Source: Pocillopora damicornis
Taxonomy: Eukaryota
Length of the DNA stretch: 64,000 nucleotides
NCBI RefSeq assembly: GCF_003704095.1
Contig: NW_020847248.1
Location: forward strand, 1,302,001-1,366,000
Direction: 5' to 3'
This document shows, one piece after another, positions 12,305 to 24,949 of this stretch. The number at the start of each line of letters is the position of its first letter. Positions within the stretch are counted from its first letter, which is position 1. A program made the position numbers and the translations under genes. Under the pieces are notes generated by a model. That model saw only the letters and a program-made list of their open reading frames with translations. It was not told the DNA's origin and did not search any database.

Positions 12305-14423
12305 CTAAAGAAAGCTGGTATAGTTGACACGGGGAACTCTGAAAACCAGACCCTTGAGCCTCAGTCTTATAGATGCTTTAATGTTGAAGCCGAAGAGTCG
12401 ACGGATCCTTTTCTTTACATTCTTGCTCTTGCTTCTCACATCGCAGCCCTTGCCTCCCCTGAAATCAACTTCCAGTCCCAATGCACACTTCCCGTTGCTG
12501 TCGAAATGCCTCCCTTTCACTTCCTTTGTTACCCAGCGGGACATTTCTCTTCCGAAAGCACCTTGGGAGAAAAAGAAATTGTTCGCCAGTAAGATTACAC
12601 CTTTCCGAAAAACACTCGCAAAAACTAATGGTGCACCCTCACTGCGTTTACCAAACTTAAACAGTAGCAAAACAATAAGCCACGTTCGGATAACAATGTT
12701 GCGTTTACGCATTGATTAGGACACATTTTAATTCATTGTTTTCATGCAGTAGAAACGAACATGTACTTTATTATTTGGCCAATAAGAAATGGTCAGACTG
12801 GCAGATGGTACGGAAAATATCGAGATCAGTAAACTGAAAAAATTTCTACGAAAACAGAAAATGTCTTGAAATTGTTTTACGCGCCTCATTAACCAGCTCT
12901 ATTTAATTCTTAGCTTTTAACATTCTTTAAATGGATTATTTTAAATACAGACTCACTTATAAAGATCAGTACCTGGCAAAGATGTGTTCAATTCCACTCC
13001 CATTTGTTGAATGGCTCCCACAGAGCAGTTCACCACCTTTTCATAATTGTACACCGTCTAAAGAAAAAAATAACTGCCTGTTTGAAATGTATTGTTCATT
13101 TCGTATACAATCATAAACATTAACGTTGATCAAGAGAATATAAACTGTTCTCTTGCACCTCTTCCTACACAGAAACGACAAGCACACATGGTACTAATCA
13201 ATCCAATTTGTAGAGATTTCCCTGTTTAAAAAAAAATTAAACTAGGTATTACATACTTCCCTGTAACAACATTTAATACAAGATTAGTTTTGAACTAATA
13301 TTTTTCGTAATGTTTTATCATTATCAGAGTTTATTGTATTTGCAATGCATATCAGAGAAGAAAAGCGTACAAACATTTATAAAAGAAAAAAATTACGGTA
13401 TTGCTTGCATAATCTTTCAAATTTTTCTCAAAAAACTGTTAGTATGCTATGATCGTTTTTGCAAGCTTTTACATTATACTGTAATCTATTTTGTACTTTT
13501 ACTATTGAAAGTATTGTTAGGATCATTATTACATTAATATTGTCGGCGTTGCTAGTAAAAATGTTATTATTGTACATCTAAGTAAAGCTAGTATTGTAAG
13601 TAATGTTTAGTAATATAGGTTTTTGTAAAAGATAAATGTATGATATTGAACAAAAAACAAATAGATAAATAAACTGCTCGGTATTCTCTTAGTATACATA
13701 ATTCTTACTTCAAAATCCGACCCGGTTCTTCCAGGCTTCTGAGACGACTTTCTGACAACTTCCTTTTGGAAGCCACGGTTTTCGAGGTTTGCCTTCTCTA
13801 ACATGTTACACATTTCAGACGACGAGGGTCGAAAACTGGAGGGTTCTTTCACTTTCATTTGCAAGTCTTCAGTCGAGGCACCTATAAAGACAACAAAAAC
13901 AAGAGAATCCAGTTTCATTCAATCCTGAGCTCTGACAAAGTCGATAAGTTAAAAGTTTGACAGTTCGTAAATGCGGCTAAATTTACTTTTCTACGCAAGC
14001 AGAAAGTAACACTTTCATGACTTGACCGCTTTGGAGGTACAAAATAAATGAGGCAGGGAAGAGAGAATTTTTGTGAAAGAAAAACTGGAACAGCAGATCA
14101 CTTGGACAGAAAATTGTTTCCGCTGAAGGAACTTTGTCTAATGCCTTACAATATTTTTCAGGTAATGATCTGCGCCTTTTAAAAAGTGTACTTCTAATTA
14201 AAATTAGCCACGGTTCTGTGTTATCTGGTGATTTTCCAGCAACCTGATTTAAGCTTATGAACAACAGTTTTGAGGATCGGCTCTATTAAGCATTCCTAAT
14301 TAGGCACGGTACTATAGCGCTTCATTAAGAAAACTTAAAGGTAGACAACTTACCAAACGCAGGAAAGTAAACAAAATTAAAACACACAAGGACAAAGATC
14401 ATCAAGTCACAAGTTATCTTCAT
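12305..14423 (-). CDS. Secreted prepropeptide family copy C (4 exons, 194 aa)
   Basis: Exons 14354-14423, 13709-13881, 12973-13057, 12305-12561 give MKITCDLMIFVLVCFNFVYFPAFGASTEDLQMKVKEPSSFRPSSSEMCNMLEKANLENRGFQKEVVRKSSQKPGRTGSDFETVYNYEKVVNCSVGAIQQMGVELNTSLPGAFGREMSRWVTKEVKGRHFDSNGKCALGLEVDFRGGKGCDVRSKSKNVKKRIRR/LFGFNIKASIRLRLKGLVFRVPRVNYTSFL. Confidence 0.9.
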
Positions 14424-16757
14424 CTCGAATCGAGTTTCTACCGCGTCTTGTTATAATCTTTCTTTGAGCGTTGGCACCAGCTGTTTTGCATAAACGAGCA
14501 GAAGTCGTAATAGTTTATAGCCACAACCTCAATTGAGAATGGAAGAAAATGTATGTGCATGGTTTATCAAGCGTTAGGTCATGATAAAGATAGCTGGATA
14601 TTGGAAAGTCATTTCTTGTTTTTGTTCATATCAAAGTGAGGAGGACAATATTCTGCAATAATGATCGAATAGACTTCGAAGTGGTGTTCATTTCTTTGTC
14701 TCTCATCAATATTTACAGCAGCTGTGTTCTGTGACTCTCTCACTGCATTACTGGCTTCCGGTAAACTCTTTCCTTGGAGAAAAAAAGAGGAAAAAAAAAA
14801 CATCCTCAGAAGTTATAAAGTATTCAAGGCAGCTACAGGTCTTTTCTTTGCAGAATTAAAAGCGGGCAATCCCTGGAGGGCACACGACTTGACATACCCG
14901 TACTGCCCGTTAGTGTCACCAATCAGAAGACAGGATTCCCGTCATTTTCCGTATTCGGCGAGCCAAACAACTTGATAGGGAAGCCATATTGTGTAATGAA
15001 TTTTCATGGCGCCATTTTCAACTTCAAAATAAAAGCAACTCAATTGCAGGGATTTTTTGGTGATGATAAACCAGATAAACAATAATTGGTAACATCACGA
15101 TAATATTTCGTCTCGAATTGAGTCGAACGTTTCGTTGTAGTAGAGAGATACCACTTTCAAGACTACCCTTTTCTAGGCCTTCGGGAAAAAACATGCAGAG
15201 ACTGTGGCGCAGAGCGAAAGAAGTGAGAAGTTGGGGTGTTCTTCATCCTGGCAGCTTTGCTTCTGAACAAGAAATACAGGCAATATTGTTTTAATTATCA
15301 TAATATCTACAAGTGATTTCTGTAATCGGGATCCTCACGATTATTCCTTTCATATACCTTATCATTCAATTAAAAAAAACACTTAAATAGGAATAGGTCT
15401 TCGCACTCTTTTGAACGAAATAAAATGACGATATACTCATTATATGAAATTATGTGCGACAAAAAGGCAAAATGCAGTAGTAGTGGAATGATACACAACC
15501 AGAAGTCTCCAGAAAGGACGGCCGTTTCTCTATATTGGGTATTGCCTCANNNNNNNNNNNNNNNNNNNNNNNNNNNNNNNNNNNNNNNNNNNNNNNNNNN
15601 NNNNNNNNNNNNNNNNNNNNNNNNNNNNNNNNNNNNNNNNNNNNNNNNNCAAAGAAATTCGTTTTGTTCCGCAAAGGGTTGCTTTAATTAGGAAGAGAAG
15701 AGTGGCCTTTAAAAGCAGACAAGTAGAGCTGTTACCCAGCTCACTATAGCGCTATCATGGGGCAGACGTTGAAAAAATTATTTCTCTGTTAGAGAAAACT
15801 CGACTTTTTCGGAATCAACACTCGCCCATCTGCTTAAAAACAACCCAAGCTTGTTGAATCTAACAATGGCACAAAATTTTTTATTTTCTACTTTCTTAAA
15901 AGCTTGACGTTCTAAATACCAATAGAAGTGGTATTATGGTCAAAGAATGGTTGAGGGAAGGTTTCCTTTTTTTAATTACGTAGAAAAAAACAACTTTCAC
16001 ATTGAATTTATTAAGCAACGCCCTCTTTTCAGTCTTCAATTAACCTAAACATAAGTATGCAAATTCTCCATCGCCTGAGGTGCTAACAACAAGAATTTGT
16101 CGAACAATCAGAGCAGCTTCAGTTGGTGATCATTTCCTTTATTCTCCTGTCCTTTTTGTTTGATTTAGAAATTAGATGGAAGTTACTTCTGGGGGTCGAA
16201 GGGGTAATTCTGCCTCTTTTTTTCGTTTGGAGCCCGTCGCAAACTTCATTACTATTGACAAAGGATCTGAAAGTTTTAAAGCTCTGTAAGTGTCACGCAA
16301 AGGGATCGACCATTTACTTGTTCCCAGCCGAGTTTCTTAAGTCTCTTCACAATCTCTCTAAGAATGAAAACCCGAAATTAATTCTGTCTTTGATGTCAAT
16401 TAAACCATACATGACTCTTAAATCCATTAAACCCTCATTTTAATTGCAGCCCATTTTGCTTCCTTTAACAGTTTCATTACCGATAGCTTGAGCGTAACAA
16501 AATGGATATGATATGAATGAATACATAAAAATCTGGGATCCTCCTTCAGTGAGAGCGTCATAAACCTCGTCATCTCAGACGAGTTTGGGTTTGCAAGATC
16601 ATTCAGCTCCACTGAAACAGTCTCAAAAAAAAATATGCAGTCGTTAAAAGGGCTATTCTAAAAATAACATAAACAATTTTTTGGTTTACAAGTTTGGATG
16701 ATGCTATAACCCAAGTCTCAACGCGTGTATCATAAATCATTCCTCTTAAAACCAGAA

Positions 16758-18426
16758 CTATTTTCTTTTAAAAGAGATTTTGATTTTAATGCTGACTTTA
16801 ATGCGAATACGGATCTTAAACCTCTTGATCCTTTGGTTGGAAAGATCCATCTTCTTGCGTCCTGTATTACCGAGGCAGTCATGGCCTCCCTTAAACTCAA
16901 CGTCTAATCCTACTTTACACATTCCATCACCAGCGTTCAAACGCCTGAATGATACTTCTTCAGCCACCTTGCGAAACATTTCCTTTCCAAAAGAACCTCG
17001 GGAGAGAAACGAAGACATGTTTGATATTAGGAATAATTTGTTTTTTACGCATAGTTTCTCAAGTGGTTACTGACTCTTTTTTTGACCTTTGCAAAGGATC
17101 CTGAACGTTCCTAATTTTTCTGTTCTATGAGATTTTTGCTTCTATTGATTTGTTAATTCTTGTTCAGAAACATGTCTGGAGGCATCCAGTTTCACGTGGT
17201 AGCTACCAAAATGCTTCAATTCTCCTTCCTTCCTTCTAAGAGATGATCAGGAAGGCAGAAATTGAAAATACCGAGATTCGTATGCGAGAAGACATTTTAC
17301 AAAATCGGCTACGCTGGCTTCTTTCCTTTTTTTTTTTTTTTTCCTTTTTTTTTATTTCTAATAACCGAATTAAGAAAACAACGACGTGGCTCACCAATTT
17401 TATCTCGAAAACCGAAAGTATGAAATTCTAAGCGGGACGTAAGTTTAATTTCCTTTCCCCACATTCACTTCCCCTTTCCTTACTCTAAATATGTTTGAAG
17501 GCAAGTGCTTTGCTTTAGACTGAACTTTTTGCTACATGCACGAGCGTGATGGCCAAATGATTCCTTTAGGCGAGATCTCTCAAGTTCAGTTGGATAAGTT
17601 TAAACGCAAATTTTTATCACCAAACATGAACAGACCTATTCAGTATCATTACCTGGAACAGATGAGTTCAATTCCGCTGCAATTTTACGCAAGGCTTCCT
17701 TAGAGCACTGAACCAATTTGTAATAATAAACCGTTTCCTAGAGACGCAGAGAGAAGCCTGATTTTAGACATAGTTTATTCTTGTACCCTGATACGTGTTA
17801 TAAGCGCAAATGGTAGACTTACTTTATAGACTCAGAATGATTAATGATATTTAAAGTTTGATAGAGTTAAGCATGCACGATTCTTGCCTCAGCATCTGGT
17901 CGAACTTTTCCTGGCCTCTTAACCGACTTTCTGACGACTTCTTTCTGAAAGCCAAGGTTCTCGAGGTTTTTCAACCAGGTGCACATCGCAGTACTGGGAG
18001 GTTTAAAGCTTGGGGGCTCGGAAAACTTCATTTGAAGCTTCTCATCAGCTATGACATCTGTAAAGAACACGAAAACAAGAAAACATTTACGATCCATTTG
18101 TTCTGCAGCTGGATCTCAAACCCTAGATTGATTATATTACCTACACTGGTACCAAAAGTTAAATATATAGCTTAGTTTTTTTTATGTATTATTTTTTTAC
18201 TTTTAGGATGTTAAGAGATGGCGCTTTACAGTAAAAATATTGGTGTTTACGTTCAAGAAAGAATTCCAATCCATGGGTTTTGCATTTCCTATACTGAGAA
18301 ATAAAACCCACACATACGAAAGGAAAAAAATCGTGCGCCAAAGCTTGTTAACTTACCGTAAATGGAAAACTGGGCGAGCAAAAAACTCATCACAACGAAG
18401 AACTTCAATCCACGAATAGTTGCCAT
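16758..18426 (-). CDS. Secreted prepropeptide family copy D (4 exons, 187 aa; GC donor at intron 2)
   Basis: Exons 18357-18426, 17888-18057, 17653-17737, 16758-16996 give MATIRGLKFFVVMSFLLAQFSIYDVIADEKLQMKFSEPPSFKPPSTAMCTWLKNLENLGFQKEVVRKSVKRPGKVRPDAEETVYYYKLVQCSKEALRKIAAELNSSVPGSFGKEMFRKVAEEVSFRRLNAGDGMCKVGLDVEFKGGHDCLGNTGRKKMDLSNQRIKR/FKIRIRIKVSIKIKISFKRK. Confidence 0.85.
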
Positions 18427-21400
18427 CTCCAATCAGTACTCGGGATGTCTGGCGTATTTGTTTTTCCGTGCCTTGGCCAAAAAAAACCTGAGCAAACTGA
18501 ACAACACTGACTTGTGATACAACATTTATACAGTTACGATTACGACTGAAATGCTATTTTTGAACTGAGATGAATATTTATTTTGATCAGAACGTGAAAA
18601 AGACGACTGTCAACAAGTCTTAGCAGAGCCTTGAGGCAAGAAAGACGACAACGTTTGCGACATAACAACCAATTAATGTCAATCAATGTCAATTCATAAC
18701 AATGGACTCCTTGATGAATTAAAAAAATTGGATCACTCAAGGTTTAAAATTAACTCCAAGGAAGTAATTGACAGTGAACTATTCTTCCTCTCCAGAATGA
18801 GAGAAAGAAATGCACATCAAAAAACAAATTTCTTCGATTTACTGGGAAGTGTCATGTTTTTGTAATTATGTTCTCGTAAGAATCAAGTCGAATCAAGCAT
18901 ACTCGCATTTCCAAACAATTTACCTTCTACAGCGAATCTTCGTTTTGCCGACACTTTAAATTCAAATGTATTGAAATATACGAATATGAAATTTTCTGAG
19001 CGGTAAGAGAATGTTACGGTATTGTTCCTCAGTTGCCACTTAGAAGATAATTTACCATCGGACCCAATTGTATCGGTTGATTTTTCTGTAAAGGAAACAC
19101 AGCGCCCCAGTTTCTCCTCTTAATAGATCTTTTTCCCTGATGCATGAAATATCTCAAACAAGAAACGTTTTGACGCTGATATTGAACCCAGAAAATGGTG
19201 CATTTTACATTCATTATGCTAAAATTATTCTTAAAATGACAAAATTATTTTTTCTCTGTCGTGCCCCCATTCAAAACGTTTGCCATAGCAGAGAGGCGTC
19301 ATCTTTTGGTATTCCTTGGCCTCTTATTTGGTCCATAATTAATTCGGTTTCCCATCCGGTTCAAAAGAAACTTTCTTACAAACAATTTTTTTCTAGAGAT
19401 TAACTTAGTAATCACTTATGAGCAGCAAAAACTGAGCACTGCCAAATAACATGTAAATAGCACTAAAGCTACTCAGAACTATAAAACCAAAAGATGGATA
19501 AAAATTTTGAAAAAAATTTGTGGAAATGAAATTTTATTCGAAAAGTGTTCCTAATTCCGCTGTAGCGTGGTGCCGTGATATGTTTACTACATGATCAGTG
19601 GGTTGTGACGAACATGAAAATCGCTTCGAATTCGCAAACCTAAAGTAAAATCCTGTTCTTCAAGCCCCAGAGAGAGGCGAATAAGAACATTTGATACATA
19701 TGAAAAAAAAACTAGCCTTTTCTTTGCAAATTCTCTATAAGGCTAGAAATTATGAACTTACACTCATGAAACCAAAAAATCTCTCCGGCCACCTTGTTAG
19801 ATACAACCCGTGCTTGAACGTCTTTGACTCATTCTAAAGCAGACATCAGTTATTTCGACCAGTAGCAAAAGATACATTAACAATAGAACGAATCAAATAA
19901 AAACTTGAATGTATATAACGGATATGAAATCTATATATAGGCTTTCACCAAATCGTCGACACATTTCCAAATCAGCAAATTTTCAAAAAGATTTTGTGAT
20001 AGGGAATGTTAACATCAAAAGCGCCCCGACAGAAAAAAAAACCATGAAAAAATAAGGACTTCAGTTTCAATGGCAGATCAGATAACAATGTATTCGTTGG
20101 CGAAACAGAAGCCCTCTTTTCTCAATGATCGGGCGTTTTTATAAAAATCTTTATTATATTTGCTATACTCAACCTAGCATGTACAGACAGTCTTGTTTGA
20201 ATAACTAACCACCTCATAGCTTCATTACATAAAATTTCTTGCGTTTAGTGAAAAGCTGCTCCGCATGGTCTCTTATTGTCTTTTCCTTAGCCACCTGTCT
20301 GTTCCAAGATTTACATCTTGTTTCATGAATTTTTATTATAAAGGAAAGTGTCATCAGAAGGATTTTGTTTATGGTGCAGTCACTAATACAAAGCACCTTC
20401 TGAACAGTGCCAACTTTCTGAGTTAAGAGGTGCAGAGATAATATTTAATTTTTTTTCTGAAATCAAGAATATGTAAAATTTAAATCGATAGATCAAAAAG
20501 TGACCCATATCAATGTGGCTTACTGCTTTGTTTTACCAGAAGATCAGTCGGGTATGACGAACACGAATCTTCTTTCCATATTCACCAAACGCAGATAAGC
20601 AAAATAAAAACCTTCAATCCTGAATGATAAGGCTAATAGGGACTTTAAAAGACAGAATTCGTTAAACAAAACCGGAATTATAGCAATTCAAAATTTCTGC
20701 AAAATCACCCAGTAGCTATTCAGCCTAAAAGGCAACCCAAACATGACAAAACTACCGGAAACTTCGATCACTATGGAATTCGAATAGTGATCCATAACTT
20801 GCTGTTGAATGTAACGAATCAAGAAATAATTCAAATGTGTTGACTTGTTGACAATACGCTAACAACTACGGTACAACAGCTACCTCACATTATAGCAAGC
20901 GTAAAGTTGGCCAACCTACAAACTTAAGCTTTTGTCGGTGGAGACCTGCTCAATATAAACTTAATCAGGGGAAACATTGAAAAGAACGAGCGATATGGGT
21001 TTGCTGTTGGATTTCGAATCCATTGGGAGAAGGGGACGATTAGTCTAAATGGAATGCTCGCGACAAATTCCGATTTCATCGATCGATTGGAACACAAAAT
21101 ATTATTCTAATATACAGACCAGACAAATTTCCGACAAGACTATGTAGCCTTCATAAAACCAATGAAGTCATAGCAAATCCTTGATTCGTCAATGACTTAA
21201 TGTTAAGTAAAACAAGTGGACAAACTTTTCTAGTAACTCTTTATACGTTCAAAGAATAAGTATTAGAGGAAGAAATTTGACTTTCTTCACTCTCTCAGAC
21301 TGAACTGATTTTCGTCTTTATGCAATAAATGCTAAATTTTCTTAATTTATCATTCTCCCTCAGGCAAAATTTTGCCACGGTAATCCACTTTGAAACCCGG

Positions 21401-21544
21401 ACACGTGAGTTCAATTTTGCGGTAGAGACATTACAGATAGTTTTGTCTACTGCGGTGAAAACATATGTTATGAATGCATCAGCCACTCTCTCTTTGTTCT
21501 CTCTGACGTTCTAGTTTGCCTCGCCATTCTCAGAGGCCCATCGC

Positions 21545-22220
21545 TGTTTCCTCCAATTGGCAGGGAGACCAATCTAGATTACGCCCAAACGAGGAGTACA
21601 ATAAAAAGATAGTCACTGGTAATTTCCTTTCGCTCAACTCAATTCCAATCATACGTGCAACACCCTTCCCCCCGCACCCAGCCACACCCACACCCACACC
21701 CCACACCATACAAACCCGTGCATTTATCATAAACAAAACAAGAGGTAGTAGGATTGTACGAGAAAGGGGCAATTCAAGTGGTCTATCCATTACAAGAAAG
21801 GTTTATCAGTCAATTATTTCTGGTCTCAGGGAAGGACGGGGAGCAGACCAACGATCAACCTCAAGAAGTAGTTGAATTAACAGATCTTGTAACAGCAGTC
21901 TAAATGGAGGGGCTGCCACTCCTCAAACATGCAATGAAAGAGAAGGTTTTGATGATTACAATAGATCTCAAAGTGCTTGCTTTTGTGTGCCAATGGGTCA
22001 ACAGCATCAACCCTTTCTTGGGTTCCTTTTTATTTTTTAATTCCCTTTTGTCAACCTTCAGCCCCTACTTTATTCATAAAGCAACAGAACAGCAATCGCT
22101 AATGGGGGGGGGGATCCCCTGTGTAAAGAAGGCTCAGAGATTATGGGATTATTCTCTCGCGCCTTGGAGGAATTACGAGAAGTAATGAGTAAAGACGAAC
22201 TGAAAACATTCCTTACCATT
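21545..22220 (+). mobile_element. Degenerate DIRS-type retrotransposon reverse transcriptase fragment
   Basis: Frameshifted pieces PQLAGR, QEVVGLYEKGAIQVVYPLQERFISQLFLVSGKDGE, INLKK and MEGLPLLKHAMKEKVLMITIDLK match DIRS RT motifs (KGAI...LFLVPKKDG.RP.INLK...MEG...IDLKDAYF). Confidence 0.75.
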
Positions 22221-22499
22221 CACATCAGAGAAGGTGCATCGCAAGTGGTGCTGCTGTTTATGGATGAGCTCCCCACATTTAAACTACTATGGCACTGGTA
22301 TCGTGAAGTGTAGAACGAGGACGAGAACAAGGACGAGGACGCAGAGATGTTAAGTATACTGTTATACAGTTCGACGTCAGGCATGTTCACTTGTTCCACT
22401 CCGCCCTAACGCTCCTCAATTCTGAAGAGTGAAATGGAAGAGCTATATGACTTTAAAATAGCTTTTATTTTATACATACATTTATTATATATAAAATCT

Positions 22500-22781
22500 C
22501 CCACTGAAAAAACAAACTCCTCAGCCTACACGACCACACTCTACTATTACAAGATGGTGAAGTGTTCAGGAGCGATGCAAATCGTCATGAAATTGGACAA
22601 GCTGTTTCTAGGTTGGCCGGTCAGGACACTATTCTCGGCATATGATTTGTATTATTTGAAACTTATTATCCAGTCAAGTATTGGTCGAACTAAGCGAAGC
22701 TTCTTCAAAGCGGCCTTCTCCAAAGCGGACAATCTTGGATGCCCAGTCAGTTTTTGTTGGAGGATTGTGGGTTGCTGCTAG
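22500..22781 (+). pseudogene. Family copy E, truncated paralogue of F
   Basis: TNSSAYTTTLYYYKMVKCSGAMQIVMKLDKLFLG is near-identical to F exon 2. No signal exon. A deletion joins the intron start (about 22672) directly to GRTKR/SFFKAAFSKADNLGCPVSFCWRIVGCC*. Confidence 0.8.
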
Positions 22782-24808
22782 AGTAGAGTGCAGAAAACAC
22801 AACAACAGCACGTGATTCACAGAGGGCAAACTGGATTTCATAAAGAGCAGAAATATAAATCCAATCTTTATCGCCTTACTGTCTTTGCTCTTCAATTTCT
22901 TTTTTAACTCCAGCTTTCTTTTAGTTACGCAATTACCTTGCGAGTTATTCCGCTCCTGGTTCGGCTGCGTGAATCTCTCGCTCGGTCAAATCTAAATAAT
23001 TGCATGGGCAGAGATTGAATTTTTAGCATCAATTTGGCGATCACTCTTCCTTACGTTTTTACTGTTTGGCCGTTAATTTATCTGACTTTTAAATAAACGC
23101 TCACTTTAAGCCTGTTGTTATTACGTATGCGGTTTACTTTTAGTTTTCCGGTTAACGCTTTTAAAAAATGGTAATTAAACTGAGTTGAGCGCAGTTTGTG
23201 TAAGTAATTACATGATTACGATTGCAATTTGGGATAAATTGGCAAGAGTGAATTTTAACAAGGCTGACCAAATTACACGAGAGAGTGCAATTTGTAGTCT
23301 TTTTTATTCATAATTTATCCTAAATTAGAGCAAGAAATGGCGCAATTCGTGAACTGCACTAATGATAGCCGATCAGATTGGAAGGATCACTAGTCATTTG
23401 ATTTAGGCTCTCACATCTTAATTGAATAATTAACACATATTATGAGGTAGCTCATAATATGTGAAAGGTCTTTAAACGTACTGCAGTTTCATGACATCCA
23501 GATTACAGCGGTTTCTATTGCGTAATTTATGTCTTTTCCTAAAAAAAAAATAACTAAAATACTGGAGAATCTTGTGGTGTACTTCTTTTGAATATGCGAG
23601 GTAACAATGCGTACCATTTGTTAACAACTATGACAGCAATGCGGCAATATAAAACGAGGAAGTTTCTTGATCGGTGTATTGCACCGGACCATCACGTTTA
23701 CTATTTATAGTACCGCAGGCACTATATAGTTATATCGATCCTGCTGATAAACAACAAACGTCTGAAAAGCATTTTATATTGATTGGAAGTTTCACCGAAA
23801 ATATCATTTCCCCTTCCGAAATGAGTTTTAGTCCTAAAGGCAGAAAGAGAAGAAAAAAGTGAAAATATACGAAAGAAACTAAACTAGTGCCAGAGACAAG
23901 AAAAGCGAATTGGTCGAATCAAGTTCAGCAAGGTAAATGATGTCTTTTTTAATCGCCAAATGGATGTAGACAACTGAAAGGTTCAAATGTGAGGAGGTAT
24001 ATTATAATATCATCTTCATTTCGCTGAAAACTTTGAATTTAAGTTTTATCTACAGGAAGCAGAACGAAGAAGTGTGGATAATCACATCCAACTCCTTGTG
24101 TTTGAGGTTTATGAAATAACGATGATGACTGGTGATGACAATTTTTACTTCAACTAACCTACCAAGAAACGCTGAAAACGAGCGGATTCGAAAGTGTGTC
24201 GTTGTAGCACGTAACAATTTTACATCTAAAGAATGATGCCATGTATAATTGTACCTCTCTTGCCGCCTTGCGGCGTAAGCTTGTGTAAAAATCATGAAGA
24301 AATTGTCTGCGCCAAAATTTTATGAAGTCATGCAGCATTGTCAGCTTGTAAGTCATAGCGGATCAATTTCTGACTCGCATACGGCGGCAATCTGATATGT
24401 ATCTCTTAGGTTACGAAGGTTACGCATGACTAAGTCTAAAATGCATTGCCGGGTTTAAAGCTAAAATTAATACGAAGCATAGTTCCAAGATGCATCCCAA
24501 AACGAGGACTTTTCACCCTTTAAATAAAAAAACAAAAACCAAGGGAATTACAGCGATCAATTGGACAACAATGAATAACACTTGGTCCAGCGAAATCTAA
24601 AAACAAGAACAAGTTTTCTAGTCGGTCTTTTGCGCCGGAAAACGGAACTGAGATCTTATTGGTCGAGAAAGTGACACAAACAAACGTCAGTTACGTGAAG
24701 TAGACCAAAGTCAGAATTAATTTCAACGCAAAATTAAAACGCCTCTTTCCTCTCGGGAAAATGAGTTTGCATTTTCGAACTATCCGATCCCATAAATAAT
24801 GGGGGTAG

Positions 24809-24839
<31 letters not shown>

Positions 24840-24949
24840 TGGAGTGTATAACAGAAAAGCACAGATTAATTATTCGATACGCACGTGGTATTAAGCTTTA
24901 ATTTTATACTTAAGCTATATCTTACCCCTATCGGCTTCTGACTTTTCAG

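Larger units (their letters stand above)
7186..15370. repeat. Tandem gene duplication B/C including about 1 kb of upstream DNA
   Basis: About 7190-10600 is colinear with about 12305-15370: exons, intron flanks and upstream blocks such as gggcaatccc...ccaatcagaagacaggatt and tcgaatt.agtcg.acgtttcgttgtagta. Confidence 0.85.

Noticed and set aside
16170-16612. Minus-strand coding-like fragments (ELNDLANPNSSEMTRFM; EIVKRLKKLGWEQVNGRSLC) as another family copy
   Set aside because: Only PNSSEM resembles PSSSEM; there is no GFQKE or PGxFG motif and no consistent exon chain.
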